A DNA stretch of 64,000 nt from Eledone cirrhosa. Lineage: Eukaryota. Every line of letters starts with the position of its first letter. Positions within the stretch are counted from its first letter, which is position 1. Position numbers and translations under genes: made by a program. The stretch spans positions 119,660,001-119,724,000 of the forward strand of contig OZ024745.1 of NCBI GenBank assembly GCA_964016885.1. The letters are read 5' to 3'. Below are positions 59,340-64,000 of the stretch, piece after piece. Below the pieces are notes generated by a model that was not told the DNA's origin, ran no database searches, and saw nothing but the letters and a program-made list of their open reading frames with translations.

Positions 59340-60360
59340 ATGGATTCTCTCGGACTAGACCTTTTTCATTTGAAAGATATCACCAGGAAAGCTTTCCTAG
59401 TGAACTCTTTCGAATGAAACCGTTCCAGTCTCGTAGGTGACCGGCGTCCGGTGGAATATTGATTGCACCCCAGTCCAGAGACCGTGAAGCCTTCTGTATC
59501 GTAATTACGTTCACCACCACCAACACAAAAGAGTTGATTTCAAGGCCAATGCGTGCGGAAGCTGAAACTCGAGTCTCCACGCGCCCGGCTGTCTTTGCAT
59601 CGTCCAGGCACTTGGTATTGAAAGGAGCTATAATGCTCCGAACAACATTGTCTCCCACGAGACCGAAAAGGGTCCACAATGATTCAACATATTGAACGCC
59701 GATTAAAAGTGACATGATGTTATTCGCAGTAAAGAGCATGCTAGAATATCCGTCCGACATGTACTCAAATGGTTAGTCTAAAGGAGAACGGCCGAGGCAA
59801 GCCTCGAGCATCTATTTATGGGGCAGATATTTAAAGACATTTCATACATTAAGTTTAACGACGAGGTGCTTGGAAACTCTCAGCGTTGGCTTGGGGTGGA
59901 CAGTTGTTGAAAAACTGCCAAGCGGAGTGAACACAACCTCACACCAGCTGGTTTTACTGATATCTAGCATCCCTGCAGCATCTACATTGACAACGACCGA
60001 ATAATCACCCTTTTTCAGGGTGTCCAGTGAAAAGGCTGCAACTGCGCGAGTGAGGAGAAGAGGCATATCCTGCATTTATATATTCAGTGTACATTTGTGC
60101 CTCGTCGGGTAAGGTTGTCGCAGAGAGATGATGAAAGCTGCCCCACTCTGAACAAATCGGGCTTATTTCCGCCTATCGATGGTGGCACATCTGCTGAAGA
60201 TAGCTCTCTGCAGGAATAGTTAATGGATGGCCATTCAGGGACTATAGCATTATTCGGCAACATGGGTGTATTTTCCTTTTTACGGACTTGGGTCCTGATT
60301 AGCATCTTCAGTTTTCTGTAGATTTTGTTTGAATAACTGATCCAGCTCCGTATAAGAATG
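59340..60360 (-). pseudogene. Decayed coding island of unknown origin (possible endogenous viral element)
   Basis: Higher GC and repeat-free; ORFs 59842-60075 and 59380-59760 are in the same frame, separated by three point stops. Confidence 0.4.
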
Positions 60361-61538
60361 GAATTTCAGCTTAATTATGCTGCTGAAATTAAATCATTAT
60401 TAATTATTTGTGCTTTATAGTTGACTATATTGAACTTGATACATATTTTCAACGATGCAGGAAATATAGACTAGTTTTAAGTCATATATCATCATGTACT
60501 GAGGGTGAATCTGATTGGCATCTAGTTTCTTATCCACACTTCACTGGTCGATATAAATGCACTAAGAATAATGAATACGACTCTAACCTTTCAATCGAAA
60601 ATATTTATAGCTTTTCAACTATGTTAGAGGTAGTAGTATAATTATTATATTACGTATTATAAAATCTTGGTGAATTGGTAGAGTGACGCGTAAAGTGCTT
60701 TGCAGATTTCGATTATGATCTTAACAATATAAGTTCAAATTCATTAACCTTTCGCAACATGTTTCACCGTCCCTAGCTTAATAAACTAAAATGAATAGTT
60801 TGATTTAATCGATTATTCGTTCGCTAAACTATGTTACTAATATTTTTATTGTTGTTAGAAGAAAAGAAAGGAAGGGACTGATGATAGAAACATAGGTGCG
60901 ACCCCAAGACACACCATGTCTCATGGCTATTTAAACTTAGCGGACCCTATCGTTTCCGACGTTGGAACACAACCGCTTTCTTCCAGAGAATGATGTTGAG
61001 AGAAAGAATGTGACATAGAAGGATAAAGAAATAATTCATTACAGTAAGGAAGTGTAGATTTATTTGTCGAACAGGAATATATGAAAGGTAAAATTAACCT
61101 CAGTGGGATTTGAACGAACACCTAAACATATATTCCAACTTTTAGACAACTCTACCATGTCGCTGCCTTTTATTATGTTGAATGGGAAGGAAACATGCTT
61201 GTTGCATATCAGCATGTATAAAGTACCGGACATAAGGCATTGCAGTATTAATGAATATTTTTATATCTTCTATGCATATTGGAACGGAATCAATATTTTC
61301 AGTACTTAGACGTTTATTGGTTTAAGCGTCCAACAGATTACGTACTTAATACTCTGAATTCCTAATATTGTGAATTTAAATATTTTCGCTTTGCATGCTT
61401 TAGGTTTCCATAAATCAAACACCAGTATTATAATATTGATTTAGATGGAAATACAAATACAATTATTTTTTAAAGCTTATTATCAAATATATTTTTCAAA
61501 TATTATTTGCTTGTCATATATGCAATATTATAACTAGT

Positions 61539-61570
<32 letters not shown>

Positions 61571-61894
61571 CTTACATATATATATATATATAAATTTTTC
61601 AATCATATTTTATTATTTGTTTGACAGGAATATATATATATATAAATATATATATATATATGTATGCATATATATATGTATATACAGGTTTTCTCTCTTC
61701 ATACACACACACCCATATATATATATATATATAGATATATCTCACATGAAATGATACAACTAATTTTCCACACAATACAATTAGTTAGCACCCCGAACGT
61801 TTAATTAGGAATATACTCAGGTATTTCCTAATGTTTGTTGAGTGAGTTGGTTGGGATTTGGCCGGAGTATCGCTATTAGTATTTATATATATAC

Positions 61895-61957
<63 letters not shown>

Positions 61958-62122
61958 TAACAGATTAAAGTTTAAGCAAAGAATCGCTGCTTTCACCTTT
62001 AACGGGATCTTCAGAAGATACTGTTATTTTAATAAATATCTGCTCTAGGGTTCTTATATATTTGATATATATTTATCCTTATCGAGCCCTCTTTGGATTT
62101 TAGTCTTCACATTTATTATTAT

Positions 62123-62182
<60 letters not shown>

Positions 62183-62191
62183 TTATTTATA

Positions 62192-62264
<73 letters not shown>

Positions 62265-62423
62265 CATACATACCTTCATGGACACAGTCCTTACGGAAAC
62301 AATCACCAGCCAACTGAATCAACACGCCATAGGATATTGATTTATCTATTAAAGATTAAGCCTGCAGTGGCATCGAAGTTTCGACTGTAATGTACAAATA
62401 CACAAATGTATTAATACCTATTA

Positions 62424-62597
62424 TTCGGTAGAGAGTCGGACGCCATGCTTTCTAGCATAGTTACGTCCCTTTACAGTCTTAGTTCAAATCCCGCCGAGGT
62501 TGACTTTGCCTTTCATCCTTACAGGGTCGATAAAATAAAGTACCAGTAATGTACTGGGTAATTGCTGGCCTTGTGCAAAAAGTAGAAACAATTATTA
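62424..62597 (+). mobile_element. tRNA-derived SINE copy
   Basis: AGTTCAAATCCCGCCGAGGTTGACTTTGCCTTTCATCC...AAAGTAGAAACAATTATTA. Confidence 0.85.
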
Positions 62598-63122
62598 TAT
62601 ACTAAGAGTGATTACTTTAAGTATACCCATTCTTCTATATATCTATCTGCCTATAAATTTAATCAATGATTACTGATTTAACTGACACAGTTGAGCTAAT
62701 TCCTATGAATATATTAAGATATTTTGTTTTAACATTCTACGCGCAACATGTCTTGATTCATTCTGGAATCTTTATAATATATTCGTTGTTATTATACTGA
62801 CCAAGGCAATCCGCTGGGCCCCATCACTAGTCAGGCATTTGGTGAACATCCTTTGAATTAATGGAAAGCTCCTGGATATTTGAAATATTGAAGAATTGCT
62901 AATTTGTCGGTCAAATATTTCCACATTCAATAAATAATAAATACATCAAAGAAAGACCTGAACTTCACACTAAACATATTTTTAATTCTTCTTTGCATAT
63001 TGGAATGGAATCAATTTATTTGTTGGTAAATGATCGAGAAAGAAGTTTATATAGTACAGTGTAGCATTAAAATAAAACACACTTAACGCACCAGTGAGTT
63101 ATTAATCGAAAATGCCGCCAAG

Positions 63123-63170
<48 letters not shown>

Positions 63171-63384
63171 CCGATATAATATGCCGTTAGTACTAGTGGG
63201 TGTAGAAGCACTGGGTCCCATTACAGCTAAAGATGTTACTCGATCGTTGATGAATTAACTACGTATGACTGAAACTAGTTCAACGGAAACTGATTCCTCT
63301 TATTCTGTATACACATACACACAAATATACACACACATACATACACAGTACACACACGCACAAACGAACAAACATTCACATGCT

Positions 63385-63418
<34 letters not shown>

Positions 63419-64000
63419 TGTATGTATGTATGTGAATGTGTTTTTGTATGTGTGTATGTGGATGTGGATGTGGGGGTGTGGGGTGTAGTTGTGTGGGTGT
63501 GTCTGGTTACTGATTAATCAATAGCTCTATATCGTAGCTATATGTTATTGAATTCGGCTCTCTGCGTTTTGATTTCATCATTGTATTTTATCCCTTTGAG
63601 ATCGATAAATCTTGTACCAGTCCAATGTATGTATGGCCCCATAACATCTGGTAGAGCCGTAGAGACACACCGTATTGACATACAGCGTTTCTTGGATACT
63701 TTAAAGCCTAGTTGAGCCCATCCCTTTCCGGGCCTGAGTACAGCAGATTTCTTCCAGAGAGGTATATAAAGTGAGAGAGAGAGAGGAAGGGAGATAGAGA
63801 TATAGGAGAAGAATTGACCCCCCCCCCCCCCCAAAAAAAAATAGATTGATACTTTTTTTATCGACTTTGATAGAATGAAAAGCAAAGTTGACCATGACCA
63901 GATTTGAACTTAGAGAACAGCAGAGAGGGTCAATTTTTCTTCTATATCCCTTTCTCACTGTCTTTTCATTGACTGGAAATCGGCTGATGTTAGACATGAA

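Overview
AT-rich, microsatellite-saturated animal genomic DNA. The repeat content suggests a mollusc, probably an octopus-like cephalopod (inference). No intact host gene is recognisable, and nearly all ORF-track hits are (TA)n/(CA)n artefacts. Decayed elements include two mariner relics, several MITEs, about 15 tRNA-derived SINEs, RLE-, Tx1- and RTE-type LINE fragments, an I/Ingi-like LINE with a 2A-like peptide, and a Penelope-like element (PLE; RT tail plus GIY-YIG) folded into a 3.8-kb inverted repeat. The main unexplained signal is that the short DNA islands between (TA)n tracts belong to at least 6-7 families of non-coding, often fold-back elements. Each family carries a minimal type I hammerhead ribozyme (about 20 copies), including a retrozyme-like LTR-spacer-LTR unit at 22.2-23.2 kb and a recurrent UUGAAAA (U3:A8) core variant. 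A decayed non-TE-like coding island at 59.3-60.3 kb may be an endogenised viral polymerase fragment. All assignments were made by eye, and most boundaries are approximate.
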